IMG/VR virus record: IMGVR_UViG_3300020731_000012 | Location: 1-64,000 of that record | Origin: a virus | Reading direction: 5' to 3' (one strand) | DNA length: 64,000 nt | Shown here: in pieces, positions 1 to 9,282 of the stretch | How the letters are laid out: every line of letters starts with the position of its first letter | Position numbering within the stretch: position 1 is the stretch's first letter | Notes under the pieces: generated by a model | What the model was told of the DNA's origin: nothing | The model's database searches: none | Seen by the model: the letters and a program-made list of their open reading frames with translations, nothing else | Program-made: the position numbers and the translations under genes

Positions 1-1
1 C

Positions 2-619
2 CTCCGAGAGAATCTCAGTTTCAACGAAGCAAAAATGGTCGTTGAGTCTGATGACAAAGAAGGAAAAAACTTATACATGTCCGGGATTTGTATCCAGGGC
101 GGTATAAGAAACGCTAATCAGCGTGTTTATCCGGTGCAAGAGATTGGCAAGGCTGTCAAAACCCTTAACGATCAGATTCAAAACGGCTATTCAGTTCTCG
201 GAGAAGTAGATCATCCAGATGATCTAAAAATTAATTTGGATCGTGTAAGTCACATGATAGTTAATATGTGGATGGACGGTCCAAATGGTTATGGGAAGTT
301 GAAAATACTTCCTACCCCTATGGGACAACTAATTAAAACGATGCTAGAAAGCGGAGTTAAATTAGGCGTAAGTAGTCGCGGATCCGGAAACGTCAGAGAT
401 GACGGATCCGGTGAAGTATCAGATTTTGAGATTATCACAGTAGATATGGTAGCTCAACCCAGTGCTCCAGGAGCATATCCTACACCAATTTATGAACACC
501 TTATGAATAGTAAGGGCGGATTAAGTGCCTTGCGTATAGCGCAAGAGGTAAAAGGTGATCCTAAGGCACAGAAATATCTCAAAGAGAGTTTATTAGCAAT
601 AATAAACAAACTCCAATAA
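2..619 (+). CDS. g21: Prohead core protease (T4 gp21-like), 5'-truncated by window edge
   Basis: Motifs GICIQG..RNANQRVYP, GEVDHP, KLGVSSRGSG and DMVAQPSAPGA typical of the gp21/U9 protease. Frame is open from position 2 (LRENLSFNEAKM), so the true start lies upstream. Precedes scaffold and capsid genes. Confidence 0.93.
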   Translation, partial: LRENLSFNEAKMVVESDDKEGKNLYMSGICIQGGIRNANQRVYPVQEIGKAVKTLNDQIQNGYSVLGEVDHPDDLKINLDRVSHMIVNMWMDGPNGYGKLKILPTPMGQLIKTMLESGVKLGVSSRGSGNVRDDGSGEVSDFEIITVDMVAQPSAPGAYPTPIYEHLMNSKGGLSALRIAQEVKGDPKAQKYLKESLLAIINKLQ

Positions 620-632
620 TAAGGAGAATCAC

Positions 633-1727
633 ATGTTGGACGCACTAAAATCGTTATTTGAAAACAATGTGATTTCAGAAGAGATCAAAGAGTCAATTGA
701 ACAGGCATTCGAAGCTCGTATCAACGAAGCTAAGGAAACTGCTACTCAACAACTACGCGAAGAATTCGCACAAAAATACGAACACGACAAGAACACAATG
801 ATTGAAGCAGTAGATCGCATGATCTCTGAGCAATTAGCCGCTGAGATTGTTGAGTTTGCTGATGATCGTAATCAACTAGCTGAAATGAAAGTTAAGCTAG
901 CACAACAAAAGCAACAAGTTTCACAAGTAATGAAAGAATTCGTTACTCGTCAACTAGCTTCTGAAGTGAAAGAATTACACGAAGATCAAGTAGTAATGGC
1001 AACTAAGTTTGGTAAATTGGAACAATTCGTAGTTGAAGCTCTAGCTCAAGAAATTACAGAGTTTATGCAAGATAAACGTGATCTCGCTGAAACTAAGGTT
1101 CGCTTAGTTCGCGAAGGTCGTCAAGAAATCAAGAAGGTAAAACAACAGTTTGTTGAACGTGCCGCTAAGATGGTTGAATCAGTTGTAACAGAGAACCTAA
1201 GTTCTGAAATTACATCACTGAAAGAAGACATTGAGGCAGCTCGTCGTCAAGACTTTGGTCGCAAGCTATTCGAGGCTTTTGCCGCAGAATATCAAAGCAG
1301 TTACCTAAATGAAAAATCGGAAACAGCAAAATTACTCAAAGTCATAGACTTGAAAGATCATGCAATGCAAGAAGCCGCTCAGGCTGTTGTAAAAGCTGAA
1401 AAAATCTTAGAAAGTAAAGAAGCTGAGATCCGTGCTCTTAAAGAGAGTCAAGAAAGAAAATCAATCATGAGCGAGTTACTAAGCCCACTTAACAGTGAGC
1501 AACGTGCTATCATGAGTGAGTTAATGACAACTGTGAAAACAGAAAAACTTAACGAATCATTCGAGAAGTACTTGCCATCAGTAATTAATGGCAAGGCTCC
1601 GCAGAAGAAACAGGCACTTGTAGAGGCTAAAGAAATAACAGGAAATAAGATTTCCAACAGCACACGTAGCAGTGAGAGCGATAGCAACATCGTTGATATT
1701 CGCAAGCTCGCAGGACTAAAAATTTAA
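633..1727 (+). CDS. g22: Prohead core scaffolding protein (T4 gp22-like)
   Basis: Glu/Lys-rich coiled-coil protein between protease and MCP; SD AAGGAG upstream. Confidence 0.85.
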   Translation: MLDALKSLFENNVISEEIKESIEQAFEARINEAKETATQQLREEFAQKYEHDKNTMIEAVDRMISEQLAAEIVEFADDRNQLAEMKVKLAQQKQQVSQVMKEFVTRQLASEVKELHEDQVVMATKFGKLEQFVVEALAQEITEFMQDKRDLAETKVRLVREGRQEIKKVKQQFVERAAKMVESVVTENLSSEITSLKEDIEAARRQDFGRKLFEAFAAEYQSSYLNEKSETAKLLKVIDLKDHAMQEAAQAVVKAEKILESKEAEIRALKESQERKSIMSELLSPLNSEQRAIMSELMTTVKTEKLNESFEKYLPSVINGKAPQKKQALVEAKEITGNKISNSTRSSESDSNIVDIRKLAGLKI

Positions 1728-1738
1728 GGAGAATTTAA

Positions 1739-2917
1739 ATGTCAGAACTACTAACAAGCCGTTGGTCGGAAACAAAAGAAGCACTTTTAGAAGGCCTACA
1801 AGGCACTAAAAAATCAGTTATGGGCGTGACTCTAGAAAATACTCGCAAGTATTTGGCAGAGACTGCTACAGCTGGTGCCACTTCTGCCGGCAACGTCGCA
1901 ACATTAAATCGCGTGATTCTTCCAGTAATCCGTCGCGTTATGCCAACCGTTATTGCTAACGAATTACTTGGCGTACAACCAATGACTGGTCCAGTTGGTC
2001 AGATCCACACATTACGTGTGCGTTATGCTGATACTTCAACTGGCGCTGGTGTAACAGCAGGTGAAGAGGCATTAAGCCCATTCAAGATTGCTCAGTCTTA
2101 CTCTGGTAACCAAGCTGGTGATGCATCAGCTAAGGCAGCTTCAACAGCTACTTTAGAAGGTCAAGCTGGTAACCGTTTAAGCATTCAAATCTTGAAGCAA
2201 ACAGTTGAAGCTAAGACACGTAAGTTATCAGCTCGCTGGACATTTGAAGCCGCTCAAGACGCTCAAGCTCAACAAGGTATCGACGTTGAAGCTGAGATCA
2301 TGGCTGCTTTGGCTCAAGAAATCACTGCTGAAATCGATCAAGAGATTATCCAATCTCTAATCACACTAGCTGGTACAGCTACATACACTTATGACCAAGC
2401 GTCTGTAAGTGGTACAGCTACATTCGTTGGTGATGAGCATGCTGCCTTGGCAGTTATGATCAATCGCGTAAGCAACTTGATCGCTCAACGTACACGTCGT
2501 GGTGCTGGTAACTATGCAGTGGTAAGCCCATTTGCATTGACCATCCTACAAAGTGCTACAACATCAGCATTTGCACGTACAACTGAAGGCACATTCGAAG
2601 CACCTACAAACACCAAGTTTGTTGGTACATTGAACAATGCAATGAAAGTTTATGTAAACAGCTATGCCGCTGATACAACTGATATTCTTATCGGTTACAA
2701 AGGCGCAAGCGAAAGTGATGCTCCTGCATTCTACTGCCCATACATCCCATTGATGTCAAGCGGTGTTGTATTGGATCCAAGCACATTCGAACCAGTAGTT
2801 AGCTTTATGACACGTTACGGATATGTTGAGTTGTCAAACACAGCATCATCTCTAGGTAACGCCGCTGACTATCTAGGTCGTGTTGCAATCACATCAGCTA
2901 ACGTTAAGTTCCAATAA
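1739..2917 (+). CDS. g23: Major capsid protein (T4 gp23-like)
   Basis: GVQPMTGPVGQI, VEAKTRKLSARWTFEAAQD, EITAEIDQEII, FYCPYIPL and F.P....MTRYG are gp23 signatures; SD AAGGAG; followed by a terminator. Confidence 0.97.
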   Translation: MSELLTSRWSETKEALLEGLQGTKKSVMGVTLENTRKYLAETATAGATSAGNVATLNRVILPVIRRVMPTVIANELLGVQPMTGPVGQIHTLRVRYADTSTGAGVTAGEEALSPFKIAQSYSGNQAGDASAKAASTATLEGQAGNRLSIQILKQTVEAKTRKLSARWTFEAAQDAQAQQGIDVEAEIMAALAQEITAEIDQEIIQSLITLAGTATYTYDQASVSGTATFVGDEHAALAVMINRVSNLIAQRTRRGAGNYAVVSPFALTILQSATTSAFARTTEGTFEAPTNTKFVGTLNNAMKVYVNSYAADTTDILIGYKGASESDAPAFYCPYIPLMSSGVVLDPSTFEPVVSFMTRYGYVELSNTASSLGNAADYLGRVAITSANVKFQ

Positions 2918-2944
2918 TCTTGTAACTTTTACTTTAGTAAAATT

Positions 2945-2973
2945 AAAAAGCACTCTTTGGAGTGCTTTTTTTT
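2945..2973 (+). terminator. Rho-independent terminator after MCP
   Basis: AAAAAGCACTC-TTTG-GAGTGCTTTTT followed by more T. Confidence 0.9.
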
Positions 2974-2976
2974 CGG

Positions 2977-2982
2977 TAAATA
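2977..2982 (+). promoter_or_regulatory. Late promoter TAAATA (leaderless-type)
   Basis: TAAATA directly after the terminator, 4 nt before ATG 2987; no SD. Confidence 0.7.
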
Positions 2983-2986
2983 TATG

Positions 2987-3502
2987 ATGACTACAACATC
3001 TTTTATTACTCCAGGTACTGTAACACAAGTCAGTGTAGACAACGGCATAGCCTGGACTTATCCTTTAGCAACTATAGGACGTGACGCAAGTGCCTATGCA
3101 GTTACAGCAAAACCGTTGCATACTATATCGGGCTTGTGGCAAGAACGTTTTGCTTCAATGACTAATCAATTATGGTTTACTAATTTTCCTTTTGCACCTA
3201 ACGGGTCAACACTAACTGGTATTGAAGTACAAATTAATGCTATCCGTGGCGCTCGAATACAAGATTACATTGTGCAATTAGTATTAGGTGGTAATAGAAT
3301 CGGTGATAATATAGCAGAACCGGATACTAGCAATTATAAAATTTATGGCAGTTCTTCTAATTTATGGAATAGTGGGGCTACATTATTAAACACAATAGAT
3401 CCTACATTTGGTGTTGTTATAGCATTACGAAGTAATGTGGTAATTCCGCATACTGACCTTGCATATATTGATAACATAGCCATGCGCATCACTTACAGCT
3501 AA
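2987..3502 (+). CDS. Hypothetical beta-rich virion-associated protein
   Basis: ORF after MCP. The track start at 2957 (TTG) lies inside the terminator, so ATG 2984/2987 is preferred. Confidence 0.7.
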   Translation: MTTTSFITPGTVTQVSVDNGIAWTYPLATIGRDASAYAVTAKPLHTISGLWQERFASMTNQLWFTNFPFAPNGSTLTGIEVQINAIRGARIQDYIVQLVLGGNRIGDNIAEPDTSNYKIYGSSSNLWNSGATLLNTIDPTFGVVIALRSNVVIPHTDLAYIDNIAMRITYS

Positions 3503-3505
3503 ATA
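3500..3505 (+). promoter_or_regulatory. Late promoter TAAATA
   Basis: Motif overlaps the upstream stop codon and opens an 80-nt structured leader. Confidence 0.7.
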
Positions 3506-3512
3506 CATTGTC

Positions 3513-3567
3513 AGCTTGCATCAGGCAAGTTTATGCGGAAACCCACCGCGTATCGACCTAGAACGTC
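3513..3567 (+). ncRNA. Putative structured cis-regulatory 5' leader (three hairpins)
   Basis: AGCTTGC/GCAAGTT (3513-3531), TATGCGG/CCGCGTA (3532-3552) and GAC/GTC (3555-3567) lie between promoter and SD. Confidence 0.45.
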
Positions 3568-3585
3568 AAATTAAGGAGAAACAAA

Positions 3586-5418
3586 ATGGGACGTCCATTA
3601 AGTAAAAAATATCTTGGTTATAGAAACCCAGGTGCCGATGGTAACTTTGGCGCCGCAAACACAGCAGGCGATGCAGATTTAGGTGGTCAGTCAGTAACTG
3701 GTTTAACAGTTGGTACAGCTGGTTCATACACTGGTACAGCCGCTCAAGCATTAACATTAACATATCCAACACCGGCTTTAAGCACAGAAGGCGCTGTTAC
3801 AGCTACTGGTGCTCCACTATTCAAATATTTGAGTGGTAGTACACTAACTGGCTCAGCAACTAAAGCCTATACAACTGGTGCTGGTTCAGTTGTAGCCGCA
3901 ATTGGTTCAACAACAATTACATTTACACCAACACTAACATCAGCTAGCGGTTCGTTAGCTATTAGTGCAACAACAAACAACAACGGTGCAATCACTATCG
4001 CAAGTGGTACATTTGTAGTTGGTCAAGACGTTGTTATTACAGGTACAGGCGGTCAAGGTATCAGTGCTGGTACATACTATGTTGGAGCAGTTGCAAGTTC
4101 AACAGCAATTACATTGTCCAGCTCATACGCCAACGCTATTGCTGGTGTGTTTATTACAACAACAACTGGTTCAATCACTGGTACTAACGCAGTAGTTGGT
4201 GCCGCATACAACTCAATTGTTAGCTTGGCATTAGTAAGCGGTGGTACAGGTATTACAGCCGCTAACATTGCTAGTATGATTGCTACACCATTAGCATTAA
4301 CTCAATCAACAAGTTCAGGTACTGGACAAACATTAACATCAACTGGTGGTAGTTCATTATTCGGCGTACAAAACGGTTCAGTAGTTAATGCTGGTGACGG
4401 TTACTTAAACTTGTCATTGACCCCAACCATTACTGCTACATCAGTAACAACAATTTCAACATACACAGCAAGTGGTTTAAGTGCCAATGCTTTAAACGTT
4501 CTTACAATGACTCCAGCTCAAGCAGCCGGTACATTCTATGTTGGACAAGCAGTTACATTTACTGGTACAGCAGGCGGCGCAGGTGCAATTACTGGTTACT
4601 CATCAGGTAACACATATATTGTTACTGCCACTGACGGTGCAAGCACAATTACTATTACTCAAGCTAACGGTCCTGTACCAGGAACAACAGCTGGTGCAAT
4701 TACCGGTCTATCATTAGTATTGTACACAACAACATTGTCAACAGTTGATGAAATTGTTGCTGGTATGATTGTTACTCCAGCTTCAACAGTTGGTGGTTTA
4801 ACTGGTTCAACAGCCTACTATGTAATCGGTACACCTAATCCAAACACTAATACAATATCATTGAGTACCGGTGCAGGTGGTAACTCAGTTGTTCAAACAA
4901 CAACTACAAGCCAATCAGTAGCAACTACAGTAACAAGCAACTTGATCGCAACATTCAGTTCAGGCAGTGCAGCCGCAACAGCTACATTGACTACAGCGGT
5001 TACCACTGGTTATCCAACAGCAGGTTCTGGTCGTTATTCAGCTATTCAAGCAACAGCTTATCTAGCCAACGGTTCTCGCGCTTGGGAACTTGCAGACATT
5101 ATCAGCCAAAAAGCTGGTCGTCGATTCAAAGTTGAAGCTGGTAGTGACGGTATTGGAGTTTGTACACTAGTTACAACAACTCCTTTGGCCGCTGGTCAAA
5201 TGTGGATTAACGCAACTGATTCCGCAGGCGGAACATACTATGTTGCTAAATTAACTGGACGTAAAGTTACTCTAGTGCCAGGCGGTGCAAACCCAGGTAC
5301 ACAGTTTACAGTAGCTGGATCAGCTGGTACAACAGTAGCACAGTGGAACTTGCCAACTACAACAGGTTTTGTTACTACAGCAGTAGCTAACGTTTCAGTT
5401 GTAATTGACAACGGTTAA
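3586..5418 (+). CDS. Thr/Gly/Ala-rich virion structural protein (fibre/decoration-like)
   Basis: 610 aa with SD AAGGAG; contains repeated 'VGQ.V..TG....G..Y.V.....ITLS' modules also seen in the giant fibres. Confidence 0.75.
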   Translation: MGRPLSKKYLGYRNPGADGNFGAANTAGDADLGGQSVTGLTVGTAGSYTGTAAQALTLTYPTPALSTEGAVTATGAPLFKYLSGSTLTGSATKAYTTGAGSVVAAIGSTTITFTPTLTSASGSLAISATTNNNGAITIASGTFVVGQDVVITGTGGQGISAGTYYVGAVASSTAITLSSSYANAIAGVFITTTTGSITGTNAVVGAAYNSIVSLALVSGGTGITAANIASMIATPLALTQSTSSGTGQTLTSTGGSSLFGVQNGSVVNAGDGYLNLSLTPTITATSVTTISTYTASGLSANALNVLTMTPAQAAGTFYVGQAVTFTGTAGGAGAITGYSSGNTYIVTATDGASTITITQANGPVPGTTAGAITGLSLVLYTTTLSTVDEIVAGMIVTPASTVGGLTGSTAYYVIGTPNPNTNTISLSTGAGGNSVVQTTTTSQSVATTVTSNLIATFSSGSAAATATLTTAVTTGYPTAGSGRYSAIQATAYLANGSRAWELADIISQKAGRRFKVEAGSDGIGVCTLVTTTPLAAGQMWINATDSAGGTYYVAKLTGRKVTLVPGGANPGTQFTVAGSAGTTVAQWNLPTTTGFVTTAVANVSVVIDNG

Positions 5419-5431
5419 TCTTTAACTTGAT

Positions 5432-5449
5432 AGGGGGCGCAAGCCCCCT
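5432..5449 (+). other. GC-rich GNRA hairpin (weak terminator or mRNA 3' stabiliser)
   Basis: AGGGGGC-GCAA-GCCCCCT with only TT after it. Confidence 0.55.
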
Positions 5450-5461
5450 TGAAGGATCTTT

Positions 5462-6424
5462 ATGTCAAGAATTTTAAAAGTAAGTCAAGCAAATTATAGA
5501 ATTCAGACACAGTCTGGAGGTACTATAACCTTGGATACAGGAACTACTGCTGGTACAGTGGTAATTACTGGCAATCTTGATGTTAAAGGCAATACGACAA
5601 CGGTAGAATCTACCAATTCCACTATCGCCGACAACATAATTCAATTGAACTATGGACAGACCGGTAATGGAATTAGTAGCGTTTTAGGTTATCAATCAGG
5701 TATTGAAGTTGAGCGAGGTAATTATAGTCCGGCCCAACTAGTTTTTAATGAACAAGTAACACATTATAGTTCAGTAACCAGCAGTAATTTAAGTGGTACA
5801 TTTGTAGCCAAAACTGCTGACGGTACACTAAATGGCCTACAAGTCGAAACTATCGGTAACGATGGTGCTAGTGATTTTGTGATAGACATGCAAGGCGGAA
5901 ATCATGCAATATTAATTGCTAACAGTCCAAACTATGCAAATTACGTTACATTAGATAACCATGTTCTTAATAGAAAATATCTATATAATTATGTAGCAGC
6001 CACTAACGGCATAGCAGTTGTTGATCGACTATACTACAACACCGGCGGGTATACATCATCTAATACCCCAGCTCTAGTTGAAGCCTATGCAACTAATATT
6101 CAGTTTAGTATCAATCAGGTTTTAAAAGCTAGTATCAGTGCTGCCGGTCTCACAGTTAATGATGTTAATATCAGTGGCGACACAATCTCAAATACTACTA
6201 GCAATAATTTAATATTAACAGGTAGCTCAAATAACGTTGAAGTTAACGCAATATTAAACTTAGATGATCAAAGCGTAGCACCTACAAGCACTACAGGTAA
6301 GACTAAAATATTTTCACAAGCTACGGCAGGTCCAGGCCGTACAGGATTATTTGTTTCAAATGTAAATACGTCGGACGAATTAATTAGTCGTAGTAGAGCT
6401 GTTCTACTAAGTATTTTATTATAA
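5462..6424 (+). CDS. Virion structural / fibre-like protein
   Basis: ITGNLDVKGNTTTVEST...DNIIQLN...SGIEVERG is a common phage tail-fibre segment; lies in the structural operon. Confidence 0.7.
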   Translation: MSRILKVSQANYRIQTQSGGTITLDTGTTAGTVVITGNLDVKGNTTTVESTNSTIADNIIQLNYGQTGNGISSVLGYQSGIEVERGNYSPAQLVFNEQVTHYSSVTSSNLSGTFVAKTADGTLNGLQVETIGNDGASDFVIDMQGGNHAILIANSPNYANYVTLDNHVLNRKYLYNYVAATNGIAVVDRLYYNTGGYTSSNTPALVEAYATNIQFSINQVLKASISAAGLTVNDVNISGDTISNTTSNNLILTGSSNNVEVNAILNLDDQSVAPTSTTGKTKIFSQATAGPGRTGLFVSNVNTSDELISRSRAVLLSILL

Positions 6425-6433
6425 GGATTAAAA

Positions 6434-6760
6434 ATGGCAATATCAAACGTAGTATTAGGCACTTCAAATAGCACATTGTATACTAGCACAGTTAGCGGAA
6501 CTCAAATTGGTAACGCTATTACTACTATGATTATTTGTAACACTACTCCTTCAACCAGTGCTAACTTAACACTATATGCAGTTCCAAGCGGTGGTTCAGC
6601 TACATCATCTACTATGATAGTAAATGCATTGACAATACCACCGGGCGAAACTGTAAGTTTAGATCAAGAAAAATTAGTCTTAGGTTCAAGCGACACAGTT
6701 CAAGGATTTAGCTCGGCCGCAACAACATTAACATTTACCATAAGCACATTACCAGTATAA
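6434..6760 (+). CDS. Small beta-rich virion protein
   Basis: 108 aa; IPPGETVSL..EKLVL motif resembles the 10351 and 32081 proteins (paralogous family). Confidence 0.7.
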   Translation: MAISNVVLGTSNSTLYTSTVSGTQIGNAITTMIICNTTPSTSANLTLYAVPSGGSATSSTMIVNALTIPPGETVSLDQEKLVLGSSDTVQGFSSAATTLTFTISTLPV

Positions 6761-8031
6761 TGAGATTCTTAAAACAATTAACTCTTAGTCGTCGTGCAAT
6801 ATTTGATCAAACATTATATTCAGATACAGCAAACGCGAACGTCTATGTAAACCCAACAGGACAAGGTAGTCTAGTGTTACCTAACGGTCCAACTAGCAAT
6901 CAGCCTGCTAGCCCAGTATCTGGAATGATGCGATACGATACTACTACTAACCAAGTTATGGTATATCAGGCTAGCACATGGCGAGCTTTGCGTTTTAAAG
7001 AATCAAGCGGTGTTACACAGCAGAATCTAGGGGCAGGTGACGGAACCACCGTTTATTTTGGACCACTGAATCCTGCGCCACCAACTACTGTACAAAGCGG
7101 AGCCACGTGGGGTGGACAAAATATTCTAGTAGTTGTAGAAAACGTTCTACAACTTAGTGGATTGAACTATACCATTACACAAAATCCAGCGATTGGCGCA
7201 GAAACATATACTCCTACAACCAGTGTAGCCGCTGCCATCGGTTCATCAACCCTATATTTTAATTCTAGCTTGAATGTAACAGGAGCCAGCGGTAACGGGA
7301 CAACAGCAACAGTTACATTTTCAACCCAATCAGCAGTGCCATTTGCTGTTGGAGCTACTATTATCGTTACTGGAATAATTCCAGTGGCATATAATGGCAC
7401 GTACACTGTGACTTCTAGTTCAACAAGCAGTGTCAGTTATGCTAGTACAGTGAATGCAACTTATCAAAATAGTGGTAATATTTCTGCTAGCTCAGCAATT
7501 TATCCGTCAGTTAATTTAGTAGGTGCAGTAGTAACTGGTACAGATATTGCAGCCTCAACAACTTTAAGTACAGTAGCCATTACAGGTACATCTGGCCAAT
7601 TTAGCTGTGCCTCTACTACGCTAGCTGTTGGCCAAGCTATTACAATTAGTGGAACATTACCAACCTATCCAGCGGCCGGTAGCATTAACGGGTATTCAAA
7701 TCCAAAAACCTACTATATTATTGCTACAAACACTATTAACACATTCCAATTATCCAATACCCCGGGCGGAACACCTATTTTAACAACAGCAGGAACACCC
7801 GGTGGCACATTTACTGTTCCTGTAGCAGTATTAAGTTATACCACAGATTCAACTACAGATGCATTAACAAGTATTACTATCAGTAAAGTGACAGTAACTG
7901 CAATTCTTCCGGTAAATTCAACAGTTACTATTACACAGCCTATTTTGATTAATAGTGGATACTATCTACAGTTTACCAGTCCAGTACCTTATGGAAAAAT
8001 AGTTATAGCCTTGATAGGCTTTGACTCGTAA
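6760..8031 (+). CDS. Virion structural protein with nested inserted modules
   Basis: TAATG coupling with upstream gene; N-terminal LVLPNG...GMMRYDTT fibre motif; internal modules shared with the 4184-aa protein. Confidence 0.75.
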   Translation: MRFLKQLTLSRRAIFDQTLYSDTANANVYVNPTGQGSLVLPNGPTSNQPASPVSGMMRYDTTTNQVMVYQASTWRALRFKESSGVTQQNLGAGDGTTVYFGPLNPAPPTTVQSGATWGGQNILVVVENVLQLSGLNYTITQNPAIGAETYTPTTSVAAAIGSSTLYFNSSLNVTGASGNGTTATVTFSTQSAVPFAVGATIIVTGIIPVAYNGTYTVTSSSTSSVSYASTVNATYQNSGNISASSAIYPSVNLVGAVVTGTDIAASTTLSTVAITGTSGQFSCASTTLAVGQAITISGTLPTYPAAGSINGYSNPKTYYIIATNTINTFQLSNTPGGTPILTTAGTPGGTFTVPVAVLSYTTDSTTDALTSITISKVTVTAILPVNSTVTITQPILINSGYYLQFTSPVPYGKIVIALIGFDS

Positions 8032-8041
8032 GGAGTAAATC

Positions 8042-9145
8042 ATGTCTCAGATGGGGCGAATTGGCGGTGCCTTATTAGCACATAATTTGCTGAGAAATGG
8101 AACTGATCTTGCGTTCGACAATCGACTGTTGTATCTTAATGTTACTAATAATTTCATTGGTATTAACACTCAAGGGCCAAGTTCAGATCTCACAATCGGT
8201 ACACAACTTAATAATGGCGGAACTGGTACCAGTTCAATACAGACTGTTAATCTAGTCGCTACAAATACTACCATAGGTAATTTTACAATTGGTACCAACA
8301 CTATACAGCAGTTAACTAGTGGTATTACAATACAACCTAATCAAACTAGCAATCCTACTATTGTTACTCCTGGACTAAGCACAGCGAATTTATATTTCAG
8401 TGGTAATACCCTACGTAACACCGTTACTAATGATAGTATAAATTTTACACCTAATGGCACAGGCAATATTATCTTGTCTAATAGTGGAACGGTACAAGTA
8501 ACTGTAAACGCTAGTCTACATGCAACTGGTAATATTACGTTTGATGGAAATGTTACACTTGGTGATCAATCCACTGATACTATTACATTTGCCGCAGAAG
8601 TTAACAGCAATTTGTTACCAAGCACAACTGCTTCTTATAATTTAGGCAGTAGTAGTTTGTTATGGAGAACAGTTTATACTAACAATTTCACAGCCTCTAC
8701 TGGACAAACTGCTCCAATCACCGCGTCAACTGCTAATATTGGGAATTTTTCTTTAACAGGAAATTCTATAGGCAACAGTACAGGAGACGTAACTTTTACA
8801 CCGACAGGTACTGGACAGGTTAAATTCAATAATTGGCGATATATTAATGCCAATACTATTGTTAGTCCTACTAGCGGTAGTTTTGATATTAATTCCTCAG
8901 CTAACGGATACGTTAAATTTAAAGGAACAAATGGACTAGTTATTCCTGTAGGAACAACATCGGGCCCTACAGATGGCCGACCTGCTAGTCCTGTACAAGG
9001 TATGACTCGCTGGAATAGTACATTAAACTATGTAGAAATTTACAATGGTACAGTATGGCTTCCAGCTTACGGCAACAACTCTAATGCAACTACCCAAGAC
9101 GTTAATGATTATTCGACACTGTATTCGATCGTCTTTGGCTACTAA
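8042..9145 (+). CDS. Fibre-like virion protein (paralogue of 9283..10347)
   Basis: GRIGGALL..NLLRNG.DL.F, LHATGNIT.DGN..LGD..TDTITF and C-terminal GLVIP.G...RP....GM.R.N; SD AAGGAG. Confidence 0.75.
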   Translation: MSQMGRIGGALLAHNLLRNGTDLAFDNRLLYLNVTNNFIGINTQGPSSDLTIGTQLNNGGTGTSSIQTVNLVATNTTIGNFTIGTNTIQQLTSGITIQPNQTSNPTIVTPGLSTANLYFSGNTLRNTVTNDSINFTPNGTGNIILSNSGTVQVTVNASLHATGNITFDGNVTLGDQSTDTITFAAEVNSNLLPSTTASYNLGSSSLLWRTVYTNNFTASTGQTAPITASTANIGNFSLTGNSIGNSTGDVTFTPTGTGQVKFNNWRYINANTIVSPTSGSFDINSSANGYVKFKGTNGLVIPVGTTSGPTDGRPASPVQGMTRWNSTLNYVEIYNGTVWLPAYGNNSNATTQDVNDYSTLYSIVFGY

Positions 9146-9158
9146 AAATCAAAACAGC

Positions 9159-9164
9159 TAAATA
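9159..9164 (+). promoter_or_regulatory. Late promoter TAAATA
   Basis: Motif at the start of the 137-nt intergenic region. Confidence 0.7.
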
Positions 9165-9172
9165 CTAATACT

Positions 9173-9265
9173 GTAGTGCTTGACCAAGCATTACGATATC
9201 AAACTGTGGTAAACCCGCAAAGAGCCGTTGAAGCGGCTGAAAGAGTGGTTATCCGTGAAACTCGG
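9173..9265 (+). ncRNA. Putative structured cis-regulatory 5' leader (four hairpins)
   Basis: GTAGTGCTT/AAGCATTAC (9173-9194), TGTGG/CCGCA (9205-9219), AGCCGT/GCGGCT (9223-9238) and CCG/CGG (9253-9265), ahead of SD GGGAG. Confidence 0.5.
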
Positions 9266-9282
9266 TGTATAAGGGAGCTAAA

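Noticed and set aside
9205-9250. c-di-GMP-I (GEMM) riboswitch resemblance (GGTAAACC, GCAAAG, GAAAGAGTGG)
   Set aside because: The fragments are not in the order or pairing of the GEMM consensus. Kept only as an unassigned structured leader pending an Infernal search.
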